NCBI GenBank assembly: GCA_963769215.1
Contig: CAVYKX010000017.1
Location: 88,855-152,854, forward strand
Reading direction: 5' to 3'
Length of the DNA: 64,000 nt
Source of the DNA: Candidatus Sulfomarinibacteraceae bacterium
GTDB taxonomy: Bacteria; Acidobacteriota; Thermoanaerobaculia; Thermoanaerobaculales; Sulfomarinibacteraceae
Shown: one piece after another, positions 62,232 to 64,000 of the stretch
How positions within the stretch are numbered: position 1 is the first letter of the stretch
Layout of the letters: each line of letters opens with the position of its first letter
The notes under the pieces: model-generated
The model's database searches: none
Told to the model about the DNA's origin: nothing
The model's input: the letters and a program-made list of their open reading frames with translations, nothing else
Translations under genes and position numbers: made by a program

Positions 62232-64000
62232 GTCGAGGGACCAGTTCGAAGCGTTGCAGACCCAGGCGCGGGAGATCGAGGCGGGACGTTCCCAGCAGGT
62301 CCTGGTGTGCTGCGGAACCGGGTGCCTCGCCTCAGGGGCAAAGAAGGTGGCCGAGGCTTTCGCGGAGGAAATCGCCAAGCGGAGCCTCGATGCCGACGTC
62401 AATCTCTTTGTCAAATCAACCGGCTGCCACGGCTTCTGCGAACGAGGGCCGCTGGTGGCGCTGCAGCCGTCCGGAATTCTCTACACCAAGGTCAAGTCGG
62501 GCCGGGTGGAGGAGATCGTCGAAAAGACGCTGATCGGTGGCGAGGTGATCCAGGGGCTGCTCTACAAGGAACCCGTGAGCGGTGACCGCATCGAGCAGTA
62601 CGACGAGATCCCGTTCTACAAGAACCAGGTTCGGGTGGCGATGCGCAACATCGGCCGCATCGATCCCACCGCGATTCTCGACGCCATAGCGGAGGGAGCT
62701 TACGCCGGGTTGGCCAAGGCACTCTTCGAGATGACGCCGGACGAGGTCATCGACGAGGTCGGCCGGCTCCGGCCAGCGAGGGCGCGGCGGCGCCGGATTC
62801 AACACCGCTCGCAAGTGGCGTTCCTGCAAGTCGGCGCCCGGTGACCGGCGCTTCGTGCTGTGCAACGGCGACGAGGGCGACCCCGGTGCCTTCAAGGATC
62901 GCTCGATCATGGAGGGCGACCCGCACTCGGTGCTCGAAGGCATGATCATCGGCGCCTACGCGATCGGTGCCCACGAGGGCTAGATCTATGTTCGCGACGA
63001 ATACCCGCTGGCGGTGGTCAATCTCACCATCGCTCTCAGCGAAGCCCGGAAGTACGGGCTGCTCGGCGAGAACATCATGGGTTCGGGTTTCGACTTCGAC
63101 ATCAAGATCTCGCGCGGCGGCGGCGCCTTCGTGTGCGGCGAGTCGTCGGCCCTGATGCGCTCGCTCGAGGGCAAGACCGGCGAGCCGCGCGCCAAGTACG
63201 TGCACTCCACCGAAAAGGGCCTCTTCGACCTGCCGACGGTGCTCAACAACGTCGAGACCTGGGCCGGCATCGGCGCCATCATCGATCGCGGGGGCGAGTG
63301 GTTCGCCTCGATGGGCACCGAGAAGAGTCAAGGGCACCAAGGCCTTCTCCCTGGTCGGCAAGGTCAAGAACACGGGCCTCATCGAGCTGCCCATGGGCAC
63401 CACCCTGCGCCACATCATCTACGACATCGGCGGCGGCATTCTCAAGGACCGGCCGTTCAAGGCGGTGCAGACCGGCGGACCATCGGGCGGCTGCGTTCCG
63501 GAAGAGCTGCTCGATCTGCCGGTGGACTACGAGAAGCTCACCGAGGCCGGCTCGATGATGGGTTCGGGCGGCATGATCGTCATGGACGACCGCACCTGCA
63601 TGGTGGATGTGTCGCGCTACTTCCTCGCCTTCCTCGACGAGGACCTGCGGCAAGTGCACGCCGTGCCGGGAGGGCCTTCCCCAGATGCTCAACATCTACG
63701 ATCGCATCATCGACGGCAAGGGCCGGCGAGGGCGATCTCGAGCTCATCGAGCGGCTGGCCGCCGGCATGCAGCTCGGCAGCCTGTGCGAGCTCGGCAAAT
63801 CGGCTCCGAACCCGGTGCTCTCGACCCTGCGGTACTTCCGCGCTGAGTACGAGGCCCACATTCGGGAGCATGCGTGCCCGGCCGGAGTCTGCCGCGAGCT
63901 GACCGCATTCGAGACTCGAGGACGGCTGCGACGGCTGCCACCTGTGCTTCAAGGCCTGTCCGGTCGACGCCATTTCCGGGGTGATCAAGGAGATGCACGT
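62221..64000 (+). CDS. NuoF/HydB-like FMN/NAD-binding subunit with extra Fe-S domains (partial; frameshifts and an in-frame TAG)
   Basis: N-terminal [63 protein letters not shown]-terminal [12 protein letters not shown]. Confidence 0.88.

Overview
GC-rich bacterial chromosomal segment made mostly of housekeeping and metabolic genes. Gene content and style suggest an anaerobic Acidobacteriota, possibly Thermoanaerobaculia-like; this is inference only. In order it holds: a partial glucosyl-3-phosphoglycerate synthase; an OmpW-like barrel divergent from an ECF sigma/Ser-Thr kinase pair; PFOR with a DHOD-like flavoprotein; suhB, slt and xerD; a PDZ-membrane-GAF-PP2C phosphatase; an M1+M28+PDZ peptidase; nfuA; a BacNav-family channel; cysE; a Hanks kinase with a secreted atypical kinase; nadE, yhhQ and nupC; pabB/pabC-like genes; arsR with an HMA protein; a membrane-anchored Smr; asnS; a trpEGDCF-[insert]-BA operon; rsmA-uppP-ftsK; mutL with a rhomboid pseudoprotease; and a vor-type 2-oxoacid:ferredoxin oxidoreductase operon running into HydC/HydB (NuoE/NuoF)-like genes. 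Many genes, including essential ones, carry single-base frameshifts that are most likely long-read assembly errors. I recognised no tRNA, rRNA, CRISPR array or transposase. The most unusual signal is non-coding: many intergenic gaps carry modules made of a GGGYGGGYGG anchor followed directly by tandem 7-8-mers, alongside multi-copy MITE-like elements with 9-mer-repeat inverted ends. Other highlights are Rex-like boxes before both oxoacid:ferredoxin oxidoreductase operons, a structured terminator-ended RNA before nadE, and a TVEGW (CavMr-like) channel filter.
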